DNA of 64,000 nt from Anthoceros angustus. Its lineage: Eukaryota > Plantae > Anthocerotophyta. Positions 36,078-50,168 of the stretch are shown one piece after another. Location of the stretch: positions 1,674,001 to 1,738,000 of the forward strand of contig MU008162.1 of assembly GCA_010909165.1 (NCBI GenBank), read 5' to 3'. How positions within the stretch are numbered: the stretch's first letter is position 1; every line of letters begins with the position of its first letter. Under the pieces are notes generated by a model that was given only the letters and a program-made list of their open reading frames with translations, did not search any database and was not told the origin of the DNA. The position numbers and the translations under genes were made by a program.

Positions 36078-39043
36078 CTCCCACTCACTATGAACTAGGG
36101 GTGAAAAATTTGCTTCAAAATGAGCCTAAAATGTTAGCTAACTCCCACTAGATTGAAAGTTATCTGCTAACTAAGAAAACAATTAAAGACAAGCTTAAGT
36201 TACATTTAAGCTGTATTTAATTTAATTAAAAAGAATTACCAAAAACTTAATCAGGAAATAGTGAAAACCTAAGGTAAAAAAGTAATAATCAAACTTGAAC
36301 AAGGTTAAATATAGTAAGAACCCTGGGTAAAAGATTGCGAACATTTAATGATAACTGTATGGGTCATATGGATGCCAGTTCGTATGCCCAGGAGGACATA
36401 CGATTTATGGCACCTACCACATCCCCATACCGTTTCATTTTTTTTGCTTCGCACTCCGCCTCCTGCACTCCAACCAACTAAGAAGAACGGCCATGGCTCG
36501 CGGACCGTGAAAGGGAGGGCGTCCGCTCATGGGGTGCGCGCCATTCGAGATCGCGCCAGCCTCCGTGCCCTGTAATACCTGCGCCACTCGGCGCCGGTGC
36601 TGCAAGGTGGTGGATGCCTGCAGCGGAGAAAGAAAATAGAGGCGAGGCCTGGGAAGGGACCGCGCCTGAGGGAGGCAGAACGCCCCTCACAGGCGCCTGA
36701 TGCTCCTCTGCCTGCCTCTCGCTGGATTCCAACCTTTGTGGAGAGCCCACCACGATTTCCTGGTGGTAGGAAATGGTCTGGCTCTCGTGTCGAGGTTGAA
36801 GTCACCTGTGGAGAGGTGGAGATTGTCCCTGCAGGTACTGGAGGTCGCCAATTGATGTGTGAGTGCTGTGGAATGCGGAAGTACCTCACTCGAGTCGGGA
36901 GATTGGAGGAAGATGATGCCCCTGTGCCTTGTCTCAATTTCTTGAAGGTGCCTTCTGCCAATGCTAAGCCAACGCCTGCTCCACCAGCAGCATGGCGTCA
37001 CCACAGTTGTGTGCAGATGAGAGATCGTCAAGGGAGATTCCAGAAGGCTCCTGTGGAGAAGAAATCACCGGAGCTTGTTCCGCTATCTGATTCAACTGTC
37101 GTGGAAGAGTCTTCATGGAAAAGCTTTGGTCCTTCTAGCTTATATTGGTCAGTATGTGCGCACATATGGTTAGAAGCACCGCTATCACAATACCACCTTA
37201 GTCTATCTATTGTCGAGGAGGTTAGACATACTGCAAGCATTCTAGGTGTGAACTACGTGCCACATTAACATCTAATTTTTGCTTGCCTGAGTCCTCATGA
37301 TTAAATTTACGCTTTCTACAGCCCTTTGCCCAATGACCAGGTTTCTTACAGTAATTGCATATACCTAGTCTCCTGCTGGACTGATTAGCATTGTTGCTGC
37401 TAAAATTTTCTGGTCTCTTACCTTTGCCACCAGCAAATCTCATACCACGACCACGTCCAGGGTGGATTTTCCTCCACGTAAGTTTCCCTAAAAATTAGCC
37501 AATCCTTGTTTGTCTAGAGCTAGACGCTGCACCAGCTGACCTTTTTGTTTGTTCATATTGATGAAGAGCTGATGTCACACGCTGGACAATTAGGTCACAT
37601 GATTGTGCTGGAGTGGATGTTGCTGGAATCAATTTAACAGATTGTTGTAGACCAGTACTGAATTGTGTGTAGCTGGCAGGCAAGGACGCAAGTAGTGTAA
37701 TAGTAGCTTTATGCTTTGTCAATACATTTCCAACATATGCACGGCGCTTCCTAAATTTTATTACATGATTCTCTATAGAATCTCCTTCACACATCTTTAG
37801 GCTGTGAAGAGACTGCTCCGCTGCAACCTTGGACCTCATGTCGGTACATTGATATATGTTTGACAAGAGCTGGATAGCCTCATGTGATGTTGTGGTTAGT
37901 CTGATGTGATTTATCATGTCCAAGAAAAGATTAGAAACAATGACTCGCATGACATGTATGTCTTTTGTTTCCCATTCTTGAAAATCCTTATTAGAAATTT
38001 TATTTATAGTGCCTCTTGGTATAGGAGGTTTTTCAGATCCTGCTACTGGCTTCTTATCTGCGCCATCTACTATCTTCATCAAGTGAAATTCTTTTAGGAT
38101 ATATGAGATCCTAAAATACCATATATGAAAACCCCTGCCATCAAAATGATCTTTTCCTTTAAGCAGATGTGGTGTAGACATTTTAATGGAGAATTGATAT
38201 ATGTATATCTAGGTCAGCGATTGGTGCTGCCGATTGCTAAATAGAATATCAGAATTCATATTGTCTAAGTCCTTCCACATGTCTTTAGGAGAACTCAATT
38301 ATGCTTTCTTTGAAATTAATATTGAAATTTCATTAATAATTAAAGTGGCTCTTCCGGCTTCAGCAGATAAATTTCTCTTTTCTTCAATTATTGATATTCA
38401 ATATCTCACAACTCACATAGTTAGATAATCTAAAATAACCTTGTTCTCTTTTGTTATAATTGCAAGATTTGTTAGTATTGTGAGTAAAGGATTGAGGTCT
38501 TCATTTTTCGTTGTGGTCAGATATTGCTTATTTTAGGAATTTCTCCTATTAGATTCTATAGAATTATAATTAACTAAAATAGGATTTCTAATTTGTGGTC
38601 GAATTCTATCTTCTTCTATAAAATTTTGATTAAGAAGAGTATTTGTTAAGCAATTCTTACACACGTTACACCTCTTTCTAGGCATTTTTGCTACCTAATT
38701 TCATAATTGATCATACGAAATTTTGCATAAAGAAACCTAGTTCTTTAAATATAAGGCTATAAAAACAAGAATCCATTATAGTCTCTATTTTGCTGCAAAG
38801 AATCTACATATGTATGGATTCTTTTATGTTTTAGAAGCTAAATCTTCCTATCATTCTAGGAATCAAGATCTAATTCAAAATTGCTTGAATCAAAAGGTTT
38901 CTTTAATGAAATATGATGAAGAAGTTAAAGAACTTTATATCTTCTAATTTAGACATCATATTTTTAGCATTTTAAATGTAAACTATAGAGAATTGAATTC
39001 TCTACTAGAATCTCAATTGAATTTTACTTGGGCTCTAATACCA
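36078..39043 (-). mobile_element. Copia unit 2 sharing the 35833-36077 LTR; 3' region plus gag, zinc knuckle and protease; INT/RT/RNaseH absent
   Basis: 36078-36600 resembles 32248-32810; gag ORF 37495-38181; CNYCKKPGHWAKGC; WYCDSGASNHM; PBS complement GGCTCTAATACCA 39031-39043 followed by TGTTAAA (a different LTR start). Confidence 0.8.
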
Positions 39044-39299
39044 TGTTAAATTTTATATATAATCTTAGGCAAAAATATAAGAAGAATAAACTTAAACTTG
39101 AATGAACAAAACTGTTGTTAGGTACAAAATTGGTACAAAATTGTTTTGTTGATAATCTATATGTAGTTGTTTATTAAACGACACACCCCTAGGTATCTAA
39201 CCTATTAGGATAATAACTAATTAATTTAATGACGTAGTAACTAATATATAGTAACTAGGATTTTCTAGAGTAAGCCTATTTTACCACGTTGCTGGGAGA

Positions 39300-42200
39300 T
39301 GAACATTAATAGATGTCGTTTTAAGCTGCAGAATAACACATTTCCGTCTCTTGAGAGTGTATTGTACGTTCCTGACATGGCCAAGAACTTGTTGTCTATT
39401 AGTCAGCTCCTAAAGGCTCCTAGATATCAACTTCATTTTTCTTCAGATGGCTACTTTATCACTAGTTAAGAATTAGATGATGAGTGTTACAGCATTGAGG
39501 TTGTACAAGGTCTTTTAACTAATGGTGTTTATAAGCTGAATGTTTAGTGCACTCCTCCCCCTATATCACAAGTTGATGTCGTGGCTCATGGGTCGACGTC
39601 TCAGGCACAATTGTGACATGCTATGGTGGGGCACGTCAATAAATATAAGCTTATTAAGCTGGCAAACATAGATTGCTATAGGGAACCACTCCCTAAGTGT
39701 TTCAAGGACCTTCCCCTCTGCAAATCCTGCGTCATAGCAAAACAGAAAGAACTACCTTTCCCTAGTCAGACAGCTCATCGTGTTGTTGTAGTCCTTGATC
39801 TTGTGCAAACAAACATCTCTGGGAAAATTCACATTCCCTCACTTGGAGGAGCCAAGTACTATTTGACCCTCATTGACCACATCAGTCACTACTCATGGAC
39901 ATATCCACTCAAGCACAAGTCCGATACCTATGATGATTAAAAGAGTGGCTCTTTATGATTCAAAGACAGACTCCTACAGTGCCTTCGCACCGACAATGGC
40001 TCCGAATTTGTGAATGCTGATTTCAACCCTTTTTTGGAGTCTCACGGAATTCTTCGACAATTGATAATGCCCTACACCCAGCAACAAAACGGCATTGAGC
40101 ATCGGTATGATACGGAGTATGCTAGCTTGGTCTCACTTTCTAAGGTCTATTGGGCAGAGTGTGTGGTGACTGCCACCTATATTTTGAATAGTGTACTCAC
40201 TAGCGCAGTTGTAGAGAAGACACCTTTCAAGGTGATTTCGAACAAGAAACTAAGCATTCTTCACCTGCGGGTATTCGGCTCCCCTACTTTTGCTTTCATC
40301 CCAACTGAGAAACGGAAGAAACTGCAGGAAAGAGCTTGCCCTCTTATTTTTCTTGGCTATGGATCTGGAGAAGAGGCCAAGGCATATAAGCTTTTATGAC
40401 CCTGTTTCCAACACTTCAATTTTCGCTCACATTGTCACTTTTAAGGAGCTCTCCAGTCTTGCTAAGGACCATTTTCCTCTTGCTGCTGCTCACGCTTCAG
40501 TCCCTGCTGATGACGATCTTGGTCATCCTCAGAGGGTACTCTGGCTATTTATCCTCAGGGTACTAAGCATGCAGCACATGGACTTGTAGGGGGTGACGTG
40601 CAGCATGATGAGGATGCCGATTCCAACTTGCAGCATGATCAGGTTGTTGATTCCATTCCCAATCAAGTTCGAGATGCTAATAAGGACGCTCTTGGTGCTG
40701 ACTTGACATTTGCGGATGCCCTACTCGAGGATGCCGATGTAGCAGATGTTGACGTTGATGTTGACGCTCATTGGACACCGGCATCCGCCTTTTGTTGATT
40801 CAGATCTAGATGATACTTTAGATCAGCTTACAACAGATCCAATTCCTATGCCAACATCCTTGCTACTAGGCTATCCCATTGCACATGACCTCCAGGTCCA
40901 TAGATACCCTACCGTGAGCGTAGAGCTCCGAATAGATGGTCACCTGAGCCACCAGTTTCTCACACTCGTACTCATGCTTTAGATGATATTTTAGTGCAAG
41001 ACCTTGTCGTACCTCCTGACCTTCAACCTGCTTGTTATTCTGCTTGTACAGTTCATGGGCTTGAACCACAATCTTATCTAGAAGCCATCAATGGCAAAGA
41101 TAAAGCACTCTAGATACCTTCGATAGAAGATGAGTATAATTAGTCGCTCATGAAAAATGAAACATGAGAATTATGTCCATTGCCAACAGGTAGAAAACGG
41201 TTAGCTGCAAATGTGCAAGGTGTTGATTTTAATGAGACTTTTTCCCCCGGCATAAAGACGCAGTCTATTAGTATATTTCTTGGCCTAGTTGCACAACCTT
41301 GACTTGAGTCAAATGGATGTGAGCTCGCTTTAAATGGGAATCTTGACGAGGACATATATATGGACCAGCCCGAGGGATATGTGGACCCCAAACACCCTCA
41401 TTGGGTATGCAATCTTAAGAAGACATAATATAGTTTTAAACAAACTGCAAGGGAATGGTGCAAAGTTATTGACAAATATCTCAAGAGCCTTGGATTTGTG
41501 TAAAACCAAGCTGATGCAAATGTATACTTACTTCAAAAGGACCTCATTTTGTAGTGCTTGCTCTTTATGTCGATGATGCACTCTTAGTTTCTAATGATGA
41601 TAAACGTTTAGCTTATGTTCAGAGAATGCTTCATAAGAGGTTTGATATGAAGGATATTGGGAGCTAACTTAAATTGTTCTTGGTGTTCTTCTTAGGGATA
41701 GAGCCCAAGGTGTCCTACATCAAACTAAGTACATACATGAGATTCTCGTGCTTTCGTTATACAAGGCTGTCCCATTAGCACACCAAGAGTTATAGGGACT
41801 AAGTTGACCACCCTTCAATCCCACAAGCAGATGAGGAGAAGTTTGCAATGTGACAAGTTCTTAATAGGCATGCGATGTATTAACGATTTATGTTGTTGGA
41901 CACACGACATCTAAATTAAATATCTGATTAGTACCCTATCTCAATGTTTAGAAAATCACATGAACACTAGTTAGCGATTAAGAGGTGTATAGATATCTCA
42001 AAGGGACTCTCTCTCTTATGGCCTTTGGTTTCAAGATAATAGCCCTACTATTACTCTTACAAGATATCTTGATGTCAATTGGGCATCAAATTCGAGATAG
42101 CCGAGGACGTATTTACGCTTATTGTTTTATGCTCTCTAATGGAACCATCAATTGGAGGTCTAAGAAGCGAGACTTTAGTGGCTTTGTCACCTCTGGTCGA

Positions 42201-44791
42201 AAACATGGCTTTGACGGATGCCAAGCAAGCGGCTTGGGAGAGGACTAATCTAGAGGGTTTGACCTATAAACAAGCTTCACCAACTTTGATCTTAGTGATA
42301 ACAAGTCTATCATTGCTATGACCAAGAATCCTCGTTTTCACTCTCGAACAAAGCACATTGAAATCAACAACACTATGTAAGACAATATGTTGAGAAGACA
42401 GGGTTGTGAAGATTTCTTAAGTTTCCACATATCTAAATTGATGTTGATATTTTAACCAAGAATTTCCCCAAACACGAGCATTTCATACATATGGGCTATG
42501 GGCCTAAGAGACTTCACTCTCTATGACCCACTTCAACAACATACTATGATCATTTACTTTTCGAAGATTATACTTTTCAAGTAAGAATATGGCGGATGAA
42601 GCTCATCATATTAATTGTCATCGTTCTTAGCTTTTTCTCTAACCTTGCTAGGGTTAAGGGGTGACGTGCAGCATGATGAGGATGCCGATTCCAACTTGCA
42701 GCATGATCAGGTTGTTGATTCCATTCCCAATCAAGTTCGAGATGCTAATAAGGACGCTCTTGGTGCTGACTTGACATTTGCAGATGCCCATGCTACTGAG
42801 GATGCCGATGTAGCAGCAGATGTTGACGTTGATGTTGACGCTCATTCAGACACCGGCATCCAGTCTTTTGTTGATTCAGATCTAGATGATACTTTAGATC
42901 AGCTTACAACAGATCCAATTCCTATGCCCCAATCTGTCCTTGCTACTAGGCCAGCTCCCATTGCACATGACCCTCCAGTCCATAGATACCCTACCCGTGA
43001 GCGTAGAGCTCCGAATAGATGGTCACCTGAGCCACCAGTTTCTCACACTCGTACTCATGCTTTAGATGATATTTTAGTGCAAGACCTTGTCGTACCTCCT
43101 GACCTTCAACCTGCTTGTTATTCTGCTTGTACAGTTCATGGGCTTGAACCACAATCTTATCTAGAAGCCATCAATGGCAAAGATAAAGCACTCTAGATAC
43201 CTTCGATAGAAGATGAGTATAATTAGTCGCTCATGAAAAATGAAACATGAGAATTATGTCCATTGCCAACAGGTAGAAAACGGTTAGCTGCAAATGTGCA
43301 AGGTGTTGATTTTAATGAGACTTTTTCCCCCGGCATAAAGACGCAGTCTATTAGTATATTTCTTGGCCTAGTTGCACAACCTTGACTTGAGTCAAATGGA
43401 TGTGAGCTCTGCTTTCTTAAATGGGAATCTTGACGAGGACATATATATGGACCAGCCCGAGGGATATGTGGACCCCAAACACCCTCATTGGGTATGCAAT
43501 CTTAAGAAGACATAATATAGTTTTAAACAAACTGCAAGGGAATGGTGCAAAGTTATTGACAAATATCTCAAGAGCCTTGGATTTGTGTAAAACCAAGCTG
43601 ATGCAAATGTATACTTACTTCAAAAGGGACCTCATTTTGTAGTGCTTGCTCTTTATGTCGATGATGCACTCTTAGTTTCTAATGATGATAAACGTTTAGC
43701 TTATGTTCAGAGAATGCTTCATAAGAGGTTTGATATGAAGGATATTGGGGAGCTAACTTAAATTGTTCTTGGTGTTCGGCTTCTTAGGGATAGAGCCCAA
43801 GGCTTAATTGTCCTACATCAAACTAAGTACATACATGAGATTCTACGTCGTTTTCAGTTATACAAGGCCTGTCCCATTAGCACACCAAGAGTTATAGGGA
43901 CTAAGTTGACCACCCTTCAATCCCACAAACAGATGAGGAGAAGTTTGCAATGTGACAAGTTCTTAATAGGCATGCAGTGGGCTGTATTAACGATTTATGT
44001 TGTTGGACACGGCGCGACATCTAAATTAAATATACAGTTAGTACCCTATCTCAATGTTTAGAAAATCCTGGGCTGAACACTAGTTAGCAGTTAAGAGGGT
44101 GTATAGATATCTCAAAGGGACTCTCTCTCTCTTATGGCCTTTGGTTTCAAGATAATAGCCCTACTATTACTCTTACAAGATATGCTGATGTCAATTGGGC
44201 ATCAAATTCAGATAGCCGAGGACGTATTTCTGCTTATTGTTTTATGCTCTCTAATGGAACCATCAATTGGAGGTCTAAGAAGCAGACTTTAGTGGCTTTG
44301 TCACCTACGAAGGTCGAAAACATGGCTTTGACGGATGCCTGTAAGCAAGCAGCTTGGGAGAGGACTAATCTAGAGGGTTTGACCTATAAACAAGCTTCAC
44401 CAACTTTGATCTTAGTGATAACAAGTCTATCATTGCTATGACCAGTAATCCTCGTTTTCACTCTCGAACAAAGCACATTGAAATCCAACAACACTATGTA
44501 AGACAATATGTTGAGAAGACAGGGGTTGTGAAGATTTCTTAAGTTTCCACATATCTAAATTCTGTTGATATTTTAACCAAGAATTTCCCCAAACACGAGC
44601 ATTTCATACATATGGAGGCTATGGGCCTAAGAGACTTCACTCTCTATGACCCACTTCAACAACATACTATGATCATTTACTTTTCGAAGATTATACTTTT
44701 CAAGTAAGAATATGGCGGATGAAGCTCATCATATTAGCGAATTGTCATCGTTCTTAGCTTTTTCTCTAACCTTGCTAGGGTTAAGGGGGTG
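39300..44791 (+). mobile_element. Degenerate Copia pol (pre-integrase, integrase, RT, RNaseH) with an internal ~2.1-kb tandem duplication
   Basis: LYVPDMAKNLLSISQL, GGAKYYLTLID, LRTDNGSEF, HLRVFGS, YVDDAL and INWRSKKQ fragments; PPT AAGGGGGTG ending at 44791, then TGTTAAG (putative 3' LTR start). Confidence 0.85.
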
Positions 44792-44877
44792 TGTTAAGAG
44801 CTAACCCCAGCATAGTTAATCACTCCACTGAAACGTCATACACAATTTTGTACGTAAAATTAACGTACACTCTTCGC

Positions 44878-45046
44878 TTTTCCGCTTTCGAAGCCTCATG
44901 TTTCCTTGCATCTCAGTGCCGCGCACGCTCTTGGCTTTTCCACTTGCGCGAAGCCTCTTGTTTCCTTGCATCTCAGTGCCGCGCACACTCTTGGCTTTTC
45001 CGCTTTTGCGAACCCTCATGTTTCCTTGCATCTCAGTGCCGCGAAC
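44878..45046. repeat. 60-bp tandem repeat, about 2.8 copies, just inside the putative 3' LTR
   Basis: Core TGTTTCCTTGCATCTCAGTGCCGCG recurs with a 60-bp period. Confidence 0.88.
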
Positions 45047-45789
45047 GTTCGTGTCAGATATCTCGGCCTCGATCATGCTGTACTGTGCAGGAACGATTGC
45101 AGGAAGACTGGTACGGGCTTCAATTTCGAAGCCATTCCTACATGGAGAAATTGCAGTGCTTTAAATACACTTCGATGTTGCATGCAGTGGGTGGGTGCTT
45201 CTTTGAGAAGATAAAATCTAAAGTTCGATCACCCTCCAGAGAAATGTGAAAGACAGGACCTATTTGAGTGACAAAGACTTGCTTTCATGGCCGTATATTG
45301 CATGAGGGAAACTAATGGACGAGACAAGCAGGTTGTATTGGTCAGGGTCTGTCGGAGGGGGTTTTGAGCTACAGCTGCTCCCTCCCATCTCCGCATCAGA
45401 CGAAGGGACGAAGGAAGAATCGAACTCTTCGAGTCTCAACCCACGAATGGAAGCCTTCAACTCCGACTTGAACGAAAACTAATGCATAATGACACCAAAA
45501 ATGGTCTGAATTCTAAATCTGAATCTTTATTTACAAAACTCGTGACCATGCACAAAGGCAAACCGCATCACAAGCTTGTGCAGATATGCGGACATGACGT
45601 CCGCTGTAGCAGCAGGCTTGGAGGGAACGCCACAAAACATCACGATACCACATGCTAGTGGAGATGAACAGCGCTTTCACACGCATCACCGAAGGAGGGT
45701 GCAGACTACACATATCAACAAGCCGAGCGGATCAGAGAGCTGAAGAAGCCCGGCGACACGGGCTCGATCGATTTGCAGACGGACCGGAT

Positions 45790-46515
45790 TCAGACGGACT
45801 CGATCTTCCACAGCTGGTTGGGGCCCTTGTTCCACTTGTACAGAGTGACGAGGGTGCCATCACGCACGCCACCGTGCTCGCCATCGGCCTTCCAGGCGTC
45901 CAGGTTCTGGGCGGTGTTTTTGGCGTTGCGCACGGCCTTGTACCCGCCGTCGATGTCGTCGCTCAGGCTCCACAGCACGCTCTCGTCGAGCGCGTCGGGG
46001 TTGTACTGCGTGAGGCGGACCTGCTGCCCGTCGGACCTGGCGTGCTGCAGGGCCAAACCCGTGGCCTTGCTCACCAGCGCGAAGGCGGGGTGCCCGGCGT
46101 CGTCCTGCACGCGATCGCCCCAAGACTCGTCGCGGATCCAAACCTGGCAAGACGGACGTCAGAGCCCCGTGCCAAGAACTCCGAATTACCCCATATCGCG
46201 GACGGACACTGCGTCACCCGCAATACGCACCTGGCTGTCGTCGTATGACTCTCCGGGCGCCAGGACGACCTGGTTGTCGCGGACTGTGAGGATGAAGCTG
46301 GGGTTGGCCTGGCTGTGGACCTTCACGGCCTGCCGGGCGCGGCGCGTCTTGCGGCGGGCCTGCCTGCCCCCAGCCGCGGCCTCCCCCGCGTGAGCCTCCT
46401 CGCGCTCCTCGTCGGAGGAGGAAGACGAGTGCCCGCCTCCCAGCCCGAACAGGCCCCGGGAGCGCTGCTGGGGCTCCTGGCCCTCCTCCTTCTCCCGGTG
46501 CAGGAACCCAGACAT
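45790..46515 (-). CDS. Euonymus-lectin (EUL, ricin-B-like) protein; exons 46515-46231 and 46143-45790
   Basis: Disordered N-terminus, then VKVHSQANPSFILTVRD...PAFALVSKATG...DESVLWS...LDAW...KWNKGPNQLWKI; intact spliced ORF; TATA-like sequence near 46635. Confidence 0.9.
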
Positions 46516-47144
46516 GCTGCAAATGCAAATGCGAAGTCACAGAAGGATCGAAGTCGACAATGCTGATGACCTGATGGCGGAGAAGAGCGGAAGGAATGAG
46601 ATTGCAATGCGAGGAGATGGCGGGCTTGGCTGCTTATAAAACCGGATGGCAGTACGAATTTGGGCGAGGGTGTGGCGGTATCCAAGTGGCGCTCGTCCAC
46701 GCGGCGGCTTGACGCTGGGTACCGGTCCGGCACGCCAATTGAGGGCTCCCTTGTGTCATAGCCGTTTAAGGTTTTTTATGGGGATGTGTACAATAATGTA
46801 GATGTAACAAAGGTGCACGCACTTCCTCGTTCTTCCGGCATGGAGATCGATGACTGTCTTCGTACACTTCATTTGTGGATGCCTTGGAGGGCTTTAGAGA
46901 GTCGTGGAAGAGTGAAGCATTTCGACCCAGAAACATGGTACATGCTTGCCCAGTTGTTCTGTAAAGGACTACAGTGAGGGAAGCTGAGTGCTGTACTCGG
47001 ATGAGGTTGATGGCGATGTCTCAAGGCCGTGCTTTAGCTTATGAGCTTGAGGCCACCCTGTGGACACATCCCGGTGGTGTTAGGTTCGCGTGAAATGGTG
47101 CAGGTGTTTAAGGAATCATGGGTTTCGAGGTGAGGATGAATTAC

Positions 47145-48949
47145 GTCTTGGACAACGAAGGCATCAGCTTGGTCTGTTGAGGGTTTGTCCCATTCAGCTA
47201 TGAAGATGGGAGCCAGTCCTGATTTGTAGTTGGGAACTTCTGAGTGAAGCAGTGGTACAAAAAGTAGATCAGAAAGAGTGGAGGGAGCACGCTTGTGAGT
47301 CCCAAAGTGAGCATCAATGCAGGACTTCGAGGAAGAGGAGCATCACGGGGGGCACAGGGGGCAAGGGAACCACGAAGGACTGTCTAGGTTTTGCTGTAAA
47401 GCTTGCCTGGATAGTACGGTCCTTGCAAGATCAGTCGGTGAGTGACAAATTTCTGCCAATACAACGCCTTTGTATCAGAAGCATACTTGAGCTGTGCGTG
47501 CATCTCATCACGACTGGAACGTTTCTGGTGGGTGAGAGGTCTTGGATCTGGCAGAATCTAGGACTTACCTGCCAAGCAGGTGGCATGTATTCCCGGTGTG
47601 ATGGCTTCCCCGATTTCTTGTTCCTCTGCACGATTGGTAGGTGCAGCCGTTCACACAAATCCCTGGCAGAAGTCCTGTACAGAAGGGGCCACTGCGTGAG
47701 AGGCTCCTCAAATATGGCACACAGAAGCATAGCAGTGATTGCCAACTTCATGCACGCACCTATCATCATCCTCAGGGACATCAGCATTGGTTCCCGAGTA
47801 GTCGCCAGTTCCGCTGAACAGGAGTATTTTGGAAGCAACAACCAGCATCCGGTGAATCTGGAGGAGTTGCCGCAGTTCACATACCACAGCTTCGGAGACA
47901 ACTTGGAGGCTCAAGGTAGATCTGCCACAAACACACAGCAATGCCGTGCCATTGACGAGTGGGCAACAGAATATAAAGGATGGCAATTATACATCTCAGG
48001 CTCTCAAGCAGATGACACAGGGGCAAAGCATATGAACTTGGTTCCAGGCAATTGTATCATGAACTAAGCTTTGGTTTAAGAACTCACCCACCAGTTTGGG
48101 CAACGGCAGATGAAGTGGGCTGACATGCTCGATCAAGCCAGAAGTACGCGCCAATGCTGCGGACACAAGCAATGACCGGTCAACAACAGAAATGCTCAAC
48201 AGGAGCATTTCTAGCATGAAGGAGTTGTAGGAACAACATCAGGGCCTGGCACACACCTGTCAATCAAAAACAGCCGAACACCATTCTGAAATTTGTCTGT
48301 AATACCCTTGAGCCGGGGACCAATGGTCTGCCACCCAAGCCCAGCACTTCAATCCATCATCGCCAGGCAACTCCCCAAGGCATCCCCAACATCAACCCTC
48401 CCGCCCAGCCTTCCTAACCTTCAGAGCAGCTAGTAGTTCAATGCTGTTGTAGCACCTAACATAGCAAAACCGCTGAAGAGAAGCAGCAAGCAACTCGTCT
48501 TCACTCCAATCCTCCTCCCCATCCCCGTCCTCATCCGCCTCAGCTGCCCTGGGCTTCACCAGCCGTGAACGAACCACAGCCAAAAACCGCAACCTGTCGA
48601 ACCGGCAGTCTAGATCAAACCAGACCACCACACTCTCTGCCCCTCCACAAACCCTAGGCAAAACACCCTCCACCGCCATCTACACACAAAACCCACCTCA
48701 AAATTAGGTCACAATCCACCCCAATGCAATCCCACCCATCACATCCCGTCCCATTCCACAACCCACCTGCAACAAAAGCTCAGACTTGGCCGACCCCGAC
48801 GGCCCAGCCACCTCCAGCACGTCCCCCGCATGCAGCGACACCCGGTACAGCGGCAAGAAAGACCCGAGCACCGGGAGCCTCCCCTTGCTCACCCGCAGCA
48901 GCATCTGCTTGGCAGTCTCATCCGCCGTCACCCACTGCCCCACCTCCAT
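47145..48949 (-). CDS. XRCC2: DNA repair protein XRCC2 homolog, multi-exon (3' boundary approximate)
   Basis: W..ADETAKQML, GDVLEVAGPSGSAKSELL (Walker A-like), FDLDCRFD, RFCYVRCYNSIELL, REYMPPAWQ and FIAEW match plant XRCC2. Confidence 0.85.
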
Positions 48950-50168
48950 CACCCTCGCCTCCCATCTCCCTCCCCCATCCCCCATCACCTCCGACTCCCC
49001 CCCGCCGTCTAAACAAACGCCGTCCAAAACAAACGCCGTCTAACTCAAACCCCGTCTAAAACCCAACGCGCCGTACGAGGTTCGTAACGAGTCCGACCTC
49101 GATTCACGAAGAATCTCTTGGAGATCCGCATACCCTGCCCAAAGCGAGCGCAGGCCTAGCACACGCCCCCACGCACCCTCGCGCCACGTCGGCGCCAGCG
49201 CGGCAGCCCGAGGCAGTCCACGCTGGCGTCCAGCGCGTGCCGAGCCTGTGCGAGCACGCGCCGACCCGCCCCAGGCGCGTGCCGACCGCCGCGTGGGGCC
49301 CGTCCAAGCACGGACACTTGTCCTAGCCGCCACAGGGCCCACAATTTATCCGCACTCAGGCTTCTCGGGCCCACGCCGGTTGGTACCTGTTTTAACAGGA
49401 AGCTAACGTAATCAACTCCTTCCCAAACCGAGACCCTGCTCATTCTAAGATCAAACACCATACTATATATGTTCGATGTTGTGTGTTTATTATATCACCT
49501 ACCTAGTAGATTATTATTTCTTTTCACTTAGTAATTTTATTTTAGCTTTCTCACAAACGATCTCTATATAACCCACAAGATGGATCTTATCTTACAAGCT
49601 AAACGAGAGTGCAATCCTCTACAACAAGCTATATATAATCCACAAGGTGGATCTGAAAGAAGACTAGACTCAAATATGTGCAGTATTTGTGATCTGATTT
49701 GACGATCATATAAGGGATTGTACTGTGTTGTAGGAGGTGGAAGAAAAATAAAGCAATGAAAGGAATGTGATGTTAGTAGGTAGGTATAATAGGTAGTGGA
49801 AACACAGGAGGACAGGCAAGGGGAAAGAGCCTGCCCGGGAAGGGAGCGGGCCACGGGAGTTCGCGAGTGGGTGCGTACCTATAAGAAGGTTGTGCAAACA
49901 GGAAGCCGCCACGAAGAAGGCCTTTGGGCGGGGGGCCTGATAAATCGGTGCTCTTTCCGGGATCCATTCGCGTTGCAACAATGTGGCTGCTTGCAGCGCA
50001 GCGTGCGGATGCGCGGCTGTTGTAAGGTGTGCCACGCCCTCGCCTCGGCGTGCTGTGCTGTGAGATTGCATGCGGAAGCGGGTGCGCGATGGCAGGCCGG
50101 GAGGGCGGCCAATTCGGAGCATGCGCCAATTCTGACCGGGCCGTGTGTGTGGCGCAGGAACGGGAAAA

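Noticed and set aside
45652-46733. Long plus-strand and alternate-frame ORFs over the EUL gene
   Set aside because: GC-rich shadow ORFs of the lectin CDS.
47252-48067. 271-aa plus-strand ORF
   Set aside because: It is antisense to XRCC2 exons and introns and has no recognisable motifs.
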